Positions 42,089-51,001 are shown, numbered from the stretch's first letter. The stretch: 64,000 bases of DNA from Candidatus Oxydemutatoraceae bacterium (GCA_965219575.1 OZ244779.1:1964769-2028768); one strand, 5' to 3'. The notes: generated by a model not told the origin, from the letters alone. Translations and numbers: made by a program.

Positions 42089-43768
42089 TCATTTTTCGAG
42101 CTTGGCCCAGCTAGCGGAGATCGTGTTATTGATTCTTTTGATTCGGCCCTCAAGGCGATTGGCCAAGTGCATCGTGTATCGGCGTTCTCTGAGTGTCAGT
42201 TGCTTCCCGCCGGCAACCGGTTGTGCTTTAACTTGCTTTTCATAATCGTTCACCTTATCCATCGCCTTTTTAATATCGGAGAGACATTTAGGTAATGCCG
42301 TCTTTGCTTGAACCAAACTTTTTCTACAAAAAGCTATTTCGTCGATCTCTTCCTTTGCTTTCACACGACTACCGGACGGGAAACCGGCTAGATAATTGAC
42401 CCTATATTTAACCTCATCGACAAATCTATGTATCCCGATGATTTGTGATTGCGCTTTCATGACCTGCCTCGCCGGTGATTTCCGCTCGGCTTTTAGATCG
42501 GCATAATTGGATGCCGCCGCCGTAGAAAAATTTTTATCGCGTATAGCAGCTCCCATGATATCCAACATCAACATGAGTTTATTACGCAGCGCAGAGAGTT
42601 GATTGCGAGCGATTTGAAGACTCTTCCGTTGACCGGGTTGGTGTTGCTGTGCTTTCGATAAAATTTGAACGGCTCTGATGTATTCGTTGATGCAGTTGAG
42701 ATGTTGCGGAATAAGATAATGATAGAAAGCCGAAACATCGCCTTTGGTTGATGCCGATAGGTTATTCGCGCAGCGCGTCATTTTTTGGAGATCGCCGGTT
42801 GCTTCTTTGAGATAATCACCACATTCGGAGCCGAGCTGTCTTATCTTTAGTGTCTCAAATCTGCTAAGCCCTGCTCGACCGGCTTTAGGTGATTCTACAA
42901 ACGAACGCATCTCCATATATTCATCTTTGGACGGCGGACCGACTTCTTCGTAATCATTTTCCGAAGCTCTCGCATTGACATAGTTCTCCGACGACGGAGA
43001 CATCTGTTCGTAATCATCGGTTGGTAGGGACATTTCCACATATTCATCCTCCGGCAGCAAACCTATTTCCTCGTAATCGTGTCCCGAAGCTCCCGTATTG
43101 ACATAGTTTTCCGACGACGGAGACATCTGTTCGTAATCATCGGTCGGTAGCGACATCTCCACATATTCATCTGCCAAAGGCGGACCGACTTCTTCGTAAT
43201 CGTGTCCCGAAGCTCCCGTATTGACATAATCCGACGACGACGGATTCATCTGCTCGTAATCATCGGTCGGTAGCGACATCTCCACATATTCATATTCCGG
43301 TGCTGAACCTACTTCTTCGTAATCGTGTCCCGAAGCTCCCGTATTGACATAGTCCTCCGACGACGGATTCATCTGCTCGTAATCATCGGTCGGTGGGGGC
43401 ATCTCCACATATTCATCTGCCGAAGGCAAACCTATTTCTTCGTAATCATGAGAGGGCAGGCTTATCTCTTCGTAGTCATGTGGTTGAGAAGGCAGGCTTA
43501 TCTCTTCGTAGTCGTGTGCTTCGGAAATCCGATCTTGATTTTCCGAAGCAGCAGTAATATTACGAGTGACAATATATTTGTTTGTCGGCAAAAAGGTATG
43601 TGCGGAATGCCTTGTTTCTCCTGCCGGCAAAAAACTCTCGGACTGTTGTTGTCCGGCGATATTGGCACTTCTTCCTTGAAAATTGGCACCTGTGGTTATA
43701 GTATCCGAACCAGCGGTTTTATCGGTAGACAAACCCGCCGGTTTGATACCTAATTTGTTTATCGGCAT
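42089..43768 (-). CDS. Putative secreted effector with tandem acidic Tyr-motif repeats (YEEI/V, YVEM, YEQM, YVN) and a helical C-terminal domain
   Basis: AGGAGG RBS, about 4.5 copies of a 41-aa (123-bp) repeat, no Sec signal peptide. The function is inferred. Confidence 0.7.
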   Translation of the reverse strand: MPINKLGIKPAGLSTDKTAGSDTITTGANFQGRSANIAGQQQSESFLPAGETRHSAHTFLPTNKYIVTRNITAASENQDRISEAHDYEEISLPSQPHDYEEISLPSHDYEEIGLPSADEYVEMPPPTDDYEQMNPSSEDYVNTGASGHDYEEVGSAPEYEYVEMSLPTDDYEQMNPSSSDYVNTGASGHDYEEVGPPLADEYVEMSLPTDDYEQMSPSSENYVNTGASGHDYEEIGLLPEDEYVEMSLPTDDYEQMSPSSENYVNARASENDYEEVGPPSKDEYMEMRSFVESPKAGRAGLSRFETLKIRQLGSECGDYLKEATGDLQKMTRCANNLSASTKGDVSAFYHYLIPQHLNCINEYIRAVQILSKAQQHQPGQRKSLQIARNQLSALRNKLMLMLDIMGAAIRDKNFSTAAASNYADLKAERKSPARQVMKAQSQIIGIHRFVDEVKYRVNYLAGFPSGSRVKAKEEIDEIAFCRKSLVQAKTALPKCLSDIKKAMDKVNDYEKQVKAQPVAGGKQLTLRERRYTMHLANRLEGRIKRINNTISASWAKLEK

Positions 43769-43872
43769 TTCCCCCCTCCTTCGGTACTCTCGTTATCGGT
43801 ACCTATCAGTATTTTAATGTTAAAAACTATACTCCATTTATCTTAGTTCCCATCAAACAAGTGAGACTTCGT

Positions 43873-45549
43873 TTATTGCTTGGTATCTTCGTTTGATGAT
43901 TTGGATTCGCTTCTGCCCGAACGCGGCGGCAGCGGGGGTACATCGGCACGCGCATGTAAAGACGGTTCTACCGAAGATTGAGACCGGCGCGGCGGCAGCG
44001 GAGGCACATCGGCACGCGTATGTAAAGGCGGTGTTACCGAAGACTGAGACCGACGCGGTGGCAGCGGGGGTACATCGGCACGCGCATTTAAAGGCGGTGT
44101 TACCGAAGACTGAGACCGACGCGGTGGCAGCGGGGGTACATCGGCACGCGCATTTAAAGGCGGTTCTACCGAAGAATTAGATCGACGCGGCGGTAATGTG
44201 GAGGCTTCTTGCCTTGATGTATCCGAGGTTTTATGAGTGCGTTCGGGTAGCGGCGGTGGTGTAGCAAGCCGTTCCGATTCAACCGAACCCCTGGATTTAG
44301 GCGGCCGTTCGGGTGGTGGTGGCGAAGGCTGTCTCGGTTTAACCGAACCTCCGGATTTAGGCGGCCGTTCGGGTGGTGGTGGCGAAGGCTGTCTCGGTTT
44401 AACCGAACCTCCGGATTTAGGCGGCCGTTCGGGTGGCGGTGGCGAAGGCTGTCTTGGTTTACTCTTAGACACATCTTGTCCGATTTCTACACTCGGAATT
44501 TCCGGAGTATCGGGGGAGTGCTCCATTATGATGCCTCGCTTGTTAAGAGAGGGCGACAGGCTTTCATACTGTGACCTTCTTATATTCTGATTTGAACCTG
44601 GCAACCACGGATCATCTACTCTTAACGGAGGTTCGGGTGTCGGGGCTATCTTATCCTCTCCTTTACTATGCTTGAGTGTGGAGTATGCACCGGTGTCGGA
44701 AGGCGCGGCTATCTTATCCTCTCCTTTACTATGCTTGAGTGTGGAGTATGCACCGGTATCGGAAGGCGAGGCTATCTTATCCTCCTCTTCACTATACTTG
44801 AGCGTGGAGTATGCACCGGTATCGGAAGGCGAGGCTATCTTATCCTCTCCTTTACTATGCTTGAGTGTGGAGTATGCACCGGTATCGGAAGGCGAGGCTA
44901 TCTTATCCTCCTCTTCACTATACTTGAGCGTGGAGTATGCACCGGTGTCGGCGGGCGAGGCTATCTTATCCTCCTCTTCACTATACTTGAGCGTGGAGTA
45001 TGCACCGGTATCGGAAGGCGAGGCTATCTTATCCTCTCCTTTACTATGCTTGAGCGTGGAGTATGCACCTGTCTTTATAACATTCTCATATTCCGGCTTA
45101 TCGGGACTGGCATCAACAATGGTGAATCTCTTAGGATATTCCCCTCGAGGTCCGGTGAACACATAGTCATATTTCAATGGTCTGGCAGGCAACGGCGGCG
45201 GTTGAACCTCCGGTCTGGCAGGCATCGGCGGCGGCGGTGCTTCTCTAACAGGTATCAAAGGCGAAGTAGGCAATTGCCGTTGCACATTCCCACTCGATGT
45301 TGAAGGTTGCCGTACATTCCTATGCGATAGAGAAATATCCGACAGGTGTTGTTGAGTTTGGAGACGATAGACAGACCTGTTTGCCATATCCGTGACCGGT
45401 AAAAAACTTGCCGACTGTTGCCGACTTGCAGTACTTACAGTCCGCCCTTGAAAACCGGCACCCGCAGTCGTCGGCGTAGAACCGGAAACACTGGCACCGC
45501 TACTCGACGATACCGGCGGCTTGTTAGAATCAGAACCTACTTTATACAT
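43873..45549 (-). CDS. Putative secreted effector: disordered Tyr-motif and proline-rich (SH3-ligand) repeat protein
   Basis: Probable start ATG 45549 after a purine-rich RBS. 7x 21-aa TGAYSTLK repeat, 3x 20-aa PPPPERPPK repeat, 4x VPPLPPR (22-aa unit). Confidence 0.7.
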   Translation of the reverse strand: MYKVGSDSNKPPVSSSSGASVSGSTPTTAGAGFQGRTVSTASRQQSASFLPVTDMANRSVYRLQTQQHLSDISLSHRNVRQPSTSSGNVQRQLPTSPLIPVREAPPPPMPARPEVQPPPLPARPLKYDYVFTGPRGEYPKRFTIVDASPDKPEYENVIKTGAYSTLKHSKGEDKIASPSDTGAYSTLKYSEEEDKIASPADTGAYSTLKYSEEEDKIASPSDTGAYSTLKHSKGEDKIASPSDTGAYSTLKYSEEEDKIASPSDTGAYSTLKHSKGEDKIAAPSDTGAYSTLKHSKGEDKIAPTPEPPLRVDDPWLPGSNQNIRRSQYESLSPSLNKRGIIMEHSPDTPEIPSVEIGQDVSKSKPRQPSPPPPERPPKSGGSVKPRQPSPPPPERPPKSGGSVKPRQPSPPPPERPPKSRGSVESERLATPPPLPERTHKTSDTSRQEASTLPPRRSNSSVEPPLNARADVPPLPPRRSQSSVTPPLNARADVPPLPPRRSQSSVTPPLHTRADVPPLPPRRSQSSVEPSLHARADVPPLPPRSGRSESKSSNEDTKQ

Positions 45550-45696
45550 TGAATTCCCCCCTATGTAATTATCATTGCTTGATAATTTTTTTGCTTTTGC
45601 AAGCAGTATTATTACACCATAATTTATAGCGGTACGCAATAGGCGTATCAGCCGAAATTAGTCAGCCTTTTATTTGGGTGAGTTCATGCTAAAGTT

Positions 45697-47346
45697 TTAG
45701 TCGGTCTGCAAGAGACCCTCTAAAAATACCCTGATATAGGTATATAAGCTGATGGGTTGTCCAGACAAAGGCGTGCCACAATCCGGTAGTTCGGTTGATT
45801 TACCGCACGCCGGATCATCGCCGGAACCCACGGCATGTTTCAGAGTCGGATATTGATCCTGAGTGAGAAAATCCCAATCGTTCTCCGACCATTTGTAATA
45901 GATTTCGGTTGAAGTAACTCCTGAATCTATAGGCAATTGCAGTATACGGGTGTCGGTGGTGAAACTATCTTGAACATCCCTAGTTCTACCTTGATTAAAA
46001 CCAACTAGACGTCTCTCGTTCCTTGCATAACTACGCTTAATAGTACCGCGAGAATTTAAGCCGACTAAACTGCCGATGTCCTCGACATCGCCGGCTGTTA
46101 TGAGTCCTATGGCATAGCTATTTTCGACAGACCCGCTGGAAAAGCCGATGAGACCGCCGGCAGCGAGAAACTCATCTGTTTCATCGCTGCCGACGGACAC
46201 ATCTCCGGTTGCATAAGTATTCAAAATGGTTCCACCGGCATTCCTACCAACCAAGCCACCCACAACATAATTTATTGTCGTCGAAACGACATCACCGGTG
46301 GCGTAACTATTGCGAATGGCGGCATCGGTACCGTTCAGCCCGACTAAGCCACCGACATTTTGCCCACCTCCGTTTACTTTGTTTTTTGCATAGCTATTAA
46401 TAGTTACTCCTTGATTTTCACCTATCAATCCACCGATACGCCTCGACCCCTCTATGGTTCCGACTGCATAGCTATTGCGAATGGCGGCACCGTTACCGTT
46501 CAACCCGACTAAGCCTCCCAAATTACCCCTATTGAGACTGTCGCCGGTTGTTTCCCTTACGCTACCGTCCGCATAACTGCCGATAATACTTACTAGGTTT
46601 TCGCCGACTAAGCCACCCACTCTAAATTTCCCTACTATCAAAATACCGGTTGCACGGCTATTGCGTATCATCCCTTCATCGGAGTTGAAGCCCACTAAAC
46701 CGCCGACATATTGATTTCCGTGAACTTCTACGGTGGTATAACTATTAACGATTATGCTTGCGTTTTCACCCACCAATCCACCGACATATCGGTCTGCTTC
46801 AATCCTGAACCCATCGTCGTTAATAACATAAGTGTTTCTGATTTCACCGCTGTTGAAGCCGGCCAATCCCCCGACATGAAGCGAATTCTCTGCGGAAATA
46901 TCCACATTCAACAACCCAATATCTCCGACTTCGCCACCACTACCTATCTCTGTGAACAAACCCACAAAATCATCGTCGATGTTAATATCGTCTGCAGGAT
47001 AAATCCGTAGATTAGAAATAGTGTGACCGGCACCGTTGAATTCTCCCTCAAAAATTTCAATAGGTGTCCAACTATCGGTAAACTCCGAGTTCGGGTCGCG
47101 ATAACTGTTAGGGTCATTAAAGTCCAAACTACGCCTAAGTTCATACCGTCCATCCGGATCGTCTCGTATCAGCTCAAGTCCGTCTATATCGCAAATATCG
47201 GTCAAGCCGTTATTATTGGTGTCGGGATCTCGTGAACTACACGGTGATAGAGGTGGAAAAAGTTGCGACTGCGCCTCGGTAATTTGCAAAAATATGCAAA
47301 CTAATAGCAAACCGAAAAACGCCGATACTCGAGAGGGAATATTCAT
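45697..47346 (-). CDS. Secreted GLUG-repeat protein (single module) with C-terminal VFLEG tail
   Basis: Signal peptide ...ITEA|Q, DTNNNGLTDIC motif, VGGLVG repeats, ends SLYTYIRVFLEGLLQTD. Confidence 0.85.
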   Translation of the reverse strand: MNIPSRVSAFFGLLLVCIFLQITEAQSQLFPPLSPCSSRDPDTNNNGLTDICDIDGLELIRDDPDGRYELRRSLDFNDPNSYRDPNSEFTDSWTPIEIFEGEFNGAGHTISNLRIYPADDINIDDDFVGLFTEIGSGGEVGDIGLLNVDISAENSLHVGGLAGFNSGEIRNTYVINDDGFRIEADRYVGGLVGENASIIVNSYTTVEVHGNQYVGGLVGFNSDEGMIRNSRATGILIVGKFRVGGLVGENLVSIIGSYADGSVRETTGDSLNRGNLGGLVGLNGNGAAIRNSYAVGTIEGSRRIGGLIGENQGVTINSYAKNKVNGGGQNVGGLVGLNGTDAAIRNSYATGDVVSTTINYVVGGLVGRNAGGTILNTYATGDVSVGSDETDEFLAAGGLIGFSSGSVENSYAIGLITAGDVEDIGSLVGLNSRGTIKRSYARNERRLVGFNQGRTRDVQDSFTTDTRILQLPIDSGVTSTEIYYKWSENDWDFLTQDQYPTLKHAVGSGDDPACGKSTELPDCGTPLSGQPISLYTYIRVFLEGLLQTD

Positions 47347-47362
47347 ATTTCATATATTACAC

Positions 47363-47636
47363 GGGGCTGTTGAAAAACAGCACCGCCGGTTGTTGCAGTA
47401 GCACAAACGGCGTGATGTTGTGCAGAAACTTAGGGGCTGTTGAAAAAGTATCCACGAACCGTAGGGGCGGACATCAAAATTGCCGATTGATCTACTGACT
47501 CAATCGGCGGCTCTATTCTGCCCGTAGCGCGTTGGTCGGCACGATTTATACATTCATCCACCCGATTTATGGAAACCAAAACCATACGGCGCAAGCGGTT
47601 GCAATTGTGCGAAACAGCACTTTTTCAACAGCCTGA
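47363..47636. repeat. Composite repeat: variant hairpin, plus MITE-like unit with a hairpin nested in the REP-like loop
   Basis: GGGGCTGTTGAAAAAGTA...CTTTTTCAACAGCC, nested unit at 47461-47523. Confidence 0.85.
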
Positions 47637-47790
47637 CCTCTTTGGTCGTTATAACCGGAACCTCCGATCCTATACTCCGCATTGATAACACAACATTGGG
47701 GTATTATAATAGCCCTTTTTGAAACAGACACTATTCGGATTGACTTTAATTATATAAACCAGTCTCGCCGCATTAAGCAAAGAATTCAAT

Positions 47791-48774
47791 ATGAAAGAAA
47801 CACCCCTGCTAATCATTATTTCCCCTTGCTATAACGAAAAAGCCACCTTGCGGTGGTCGGTAGAACAACTTGATATCAAACTTTCGCAATTAAAATCCGA
47901 GCAGAAAATTCATCGAGATAGTTTTATATGCCTAGTTGACGACGGCAGTACCGATAATACATGGGCACTTATTAGCGAATTGTCACAAAAGTATCCTATT
48001 ACCGGTATTAAGCTCAGTGCCAATGTCGGACATCAGAATGCGCTGGCGGCAGGGTTGCACCACGCCACCGACAAATGCGATTGTAGTATTACCATAGACA
48101 TCGATTTACAAGACGATATAGAAATCATGGATACGATGTTAGACCGATATAAGACAGGTTGCCATTTGGTTCTGGGAGTTAAAGCCAATCACCCGCGGTA
48201 TTTTTATAAAAAGATGCTCGCAAAACTCTACTACAAAGTGCTACATATTTTAGGCGTACATACCGTTGTTAATCACTCCGACTATCGTTTATTAAGCAAA
48301 AAAGTTATGAAGGCACTTTCCAATATAAAAGAACGCCATCTTTATTTACGCGGTATTTTCACCAGTCTACCTTTAGCTTACAGCATTATCGAATATCAAA
48401 TTAAAGAGAGACAATTCGACAAGACTCACTATACTATGAACAAACAACTCAACCTGGCATGGGACGGAATCTCGAGCTTCAGCATTGCACCGTTGCGTCT
48501 TATCACGATAACGGGATTGGTGATATTTGTGCTGAGCCTACTATATTCGGTTTATGTTTTGGGGGTTAGACTATTTAGCGATACTGTCGTTCCCGGCTGG
48601 GCTTCCACCGTGATTCCTATTTACTTTCTGGGCGGACTGCTACTATTTTCTCTAGGCATAGTCGGAGAATATATCGGGAAGATTTACATGGAAATCAAAC
48701 AAAGACCGCTTTATTTCATCGAAGAAACCATTAATGAGCGAGATTGCCGTAAAGACTCCGAAACAGAAAATTAA
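47791..48774 (+). CDS. Bactoprenol glycosyltransferase (GT2, GtrB/YfdH-like)
   Basis: SPCYNE, VDDGSTD, NVGHQNAL, DIDLQD motifs, two TM helices, GEYIGKIY...RPLY. Confidence 0.9.
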   Translation: MKETPLLIIISPCYNEKATLRWSVEQLDIKLSQLKSEQKIHRDSFICLVDDGSTDNTWALISELSQKYPITGIKLSANVGHQNALAAGLHHATDKCDCSITIDIDLQDDIEIMDTMLDRYKTGCHLVLGVKANHPRYFYKKMLAKLYYKVLHILGVHTVVNHSDYRLLSKKVMKALSNIKERHLYLRGIFTSLPLAYSIIEYQIKERQFDKTHYTMNKQLNLAWDGISSFSIAPLRLITITGLVIFVLSLLYSVYVLGVRLFSDTVVPGWASTVIPIYFLGGLLLFSLGIVGEYIGKIYMEIKQRPLYFIEETINERDCRKDSETEN

Positions 48775-49135
48775 CTCCCGCTTCTTCCGATTTTTAATTA
48801 CCGGAGGCATTAACACATTCGTCGGGTTCGGTGTTATTTTCCTGCTGATGTTTCTTAATGTCACGCCGCAACTCAGCAATATCTGCGGCTATGCCGTAGG
48901 TCTAACGGTGTCTTTCGTACTCAACCGCAGTTGGGTCTTTCGGGCAAACGATGCCGAAGTAAAACGACAAATAGTCTATTTCGTGCTGGTATTTCTAATT
49001 GCTTTCGGCATCAATTTTCTTGTCTTGAATATACTGCTCATCGCATCAATCAATGCCTGGCTGGCGCAAATCTTGGCAGGTGTATGCTATACTTCGGTGT
49101 TTTATGTACTCAATAAAAGAATGGTTTTCTCCTAA
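48734..49135 (+). CDS. GtrA-family flippase
   Basis: RFLITGGINT...SFVLNRSWVF...YVLNKRMVF, four TM helices. Confidence 0.88.
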   Translation: MSEIAVKTPKQKINSRFFRFLITGGINTFVGFGVIFLLMFLNVTPQLSNICGYAVGLTVSFVLNRSWVFRANDAEVKRQIVYFVLVFLIAFGINFLVLNILLIASINAWLAQILAGVCYTSVFYVLNKRMVFS

Positions 49136-50603
49136 ACTACAAATCTCGGTTGCCGCACTCACATTAGCAAGCATTTATGCGCTGATGATTCCGTTTTACG
49201 GATTACACGGTGTAGACGATGCTTGGACCTTATCTTACGATTATTATTACCTACAAGACGGGTACGAGTTCGGGATCTCGGGCGGCAACGGTGCGGTTGC
49301 ATATTTCGGCAAGACACAAGCGTTTTTGTATGGTTTGTGGGCTGAAATATGGGGATGGGAACGGCTACCGATGCGCGTACTATCGACGCTTTTGGTAGTT
49401 ATCGGTGCGTTGCTATGGGGAGCAGTCGCTTGGCATTTTACCCGCAACAAAAACTTCTGTATTGCGGTTGTCATTCTTTGCCTACTATTGGATTCCTTTG
49501 TCAGCATTGCAGTCAAGACTAGACCCGATGCATTGGTTTATATGCTCTCGGCTTTGGCAATCCTGCTTGCATGCAAGCGTAACTGGTTTCTAGCCGGGCT
49601 CGTGATAAGCATCGCCGTTGAAACACATCTAATAACAATTGTCGGTCTCGCTATAGTCATCTCCGTTTGGCTCAGCGAAAAATCTCGTTTCGACGGTTCG
49701 TATATTAAGAAATATCTGCCTCGACTGATTGCCGGTGGTCTACTCGGGATTGCCTATTACCTCAGCCTGCATTTCGAGCATTTACAAGAACTCATTCCGT
49801 TGATTCAAAATGCAAGCTCAAATAATTTCTTACATAGATCTTTTTTATATATGCATTTTTTTGAGGCTAGATATAATCGTTATATCGTTAACTTAGCGAT
49901 ATTTCTACTCGCCTACGGACTATTCTATATAAAGTGCAGTAAAAATTCCCAACTATGGCGTTTCTTACATTACGCTACACTCGGCATAATTATCTCGGAT
50001 CTTATCACCGGGCATGCAGGGCATTCAGGTGTTTCATACGCCATCCACGCTTATCCTATCTTTGTCCTTGTGTTATTGGTAGCTTGGCAACACCTGCGTA
50101 AGCCGAAGTCGTGGCTCATCGCAGGACTCTTCTGTTTTATGTTGCCGCAATATACCTATGTGTTCGTTAAGAGCCATGACTTTTATTTTCCTACTTATAT
50201 ATCACTGATAGAGCAACATGCCAAACCGAAAACCGTACACATCGGTCATTTTGCACACTGGTTTGCGTTCAATCGTGAACAGACCGATGATTATTTCGAT
50301 ATGAAGATTTCAAGGATACTCTCTAAAAACAAACAATTCGTATGGATTCGCGATAGCGTCTGGGAACCGATAAACGCAAGACCCTCTCCGAAGTTGAGAC
50401 AATTAAGCAAAACATGTCCTATGGAATTGTTCTCCTCTTTCACTTACGCAGGTCGTACGGTTCGTTTTGAACATTACGATTGCCGTAATATTAATGTGGA
50501 TGCAACTTTGCGCTACGACAAAAGTGAGGCTGTTGAAAAAGTATTGGCATTGCATAAATCCAACCGCTTGCGCCATATAATTATGATAACCACAAAGTCG
50601 TAG
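49104..50603 (+). CDS. Polytopic membrane glycosyltransferase (GT-C, GtrC/ArnT-like). Start uncertain.
   Basis: DDAW in the first loop, RPD motif, many TM helices, follows gtrB-gtrA. Confidence 0.7.
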   Translation: MYSIKEWFSPKLQISVAALTLASIYALMIPFYGLHGVDDAWTLSYDYYYLQDGYEFGISGGNGAVAYFGKTQAFLYGLWAEIWGWERLPMRVLSTLLVVIGALLWGAVAWHFTRNKNFCIAVVILCLLLDSFVSIAVKTRPDALVYMLSALAILLACKRNWFLAGLVISIAVETHLITIVGLAIVISVWLSEKSRFDGSYIKKYLPRLIAGGLLGIAYYLSLHFEHLQELIPLIQNASSNNFLHRSFLYMHFFEARYNRYIVNLAIFLLAYGLFYIKCSKNSQLWRFLHYATLGIIISDLITGHAGHSGVSYAIHAYPIFVLVLLVAWQHLRKPKSWLIAGLFCFMLPQYTYVFVKSHDFYFPTYISLIEQHAKPKTVHIGHFAHWFAFNREQTDDYFDMKISRILSKNKQFVWIRDSVWEPINARPSPKLRQLSKTCPMELFSSFTYAGRTVRFEHYDCRNINVDATLRYDKSEAVEKVLALHKSNRLRHIIMITTKS

Positions 50604-51001
50604 GGGCAGTATAAAGCCGCCGATTGAGCCGGTAGGTCAATCGGCAACTCTGATGTCTGCCCAAAACGATACCGTTCTGTACAAACTCAACCGCTCGCGC
50701 CAACAAATAATGGTTTCCATAAATTGGATGGATGAATGTATAAATCATGCAGATACGACCGGGCTGTTGAAAAAGTGCGGCATCGTACGAATCCAATCAC
50801 TTGCGCCATTTTGTTTTGGTTTCCATAAATTGGATGGATGAATGTATAAATCGTGTAGGCACAACGCGTTACGGGCGGACATGTTAGTCCGCCCCTACAG
50901 GTGGGTTGGATAATTATGCGGCGCAAGCGGTTACGGTTTTGCAGAACAGTATTTTTTCAACAGCCCCTCGACACAACCACCCCGTCAGGCTTCGCCTGCC
51001 T
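50527..51001. repeat. Composite intergenic repeat overlapping the 3' end of the GT-C gene
   Basis: Two GGCTGTTGAAAAAG starts, a nested REP/hairpin unit, and 50761-50900 nearly identical to 40035-40172. Confidence 0.85.

Noticed and set aside
44640-45070. Regular 63-bp (also 60-, 66- and 123-bp) tandem repeats as a possible CRISPR array
   Set aside because: Units are multiples of 3, lie in-frame in ORFs and have no unique spacers. No cas genes are present.
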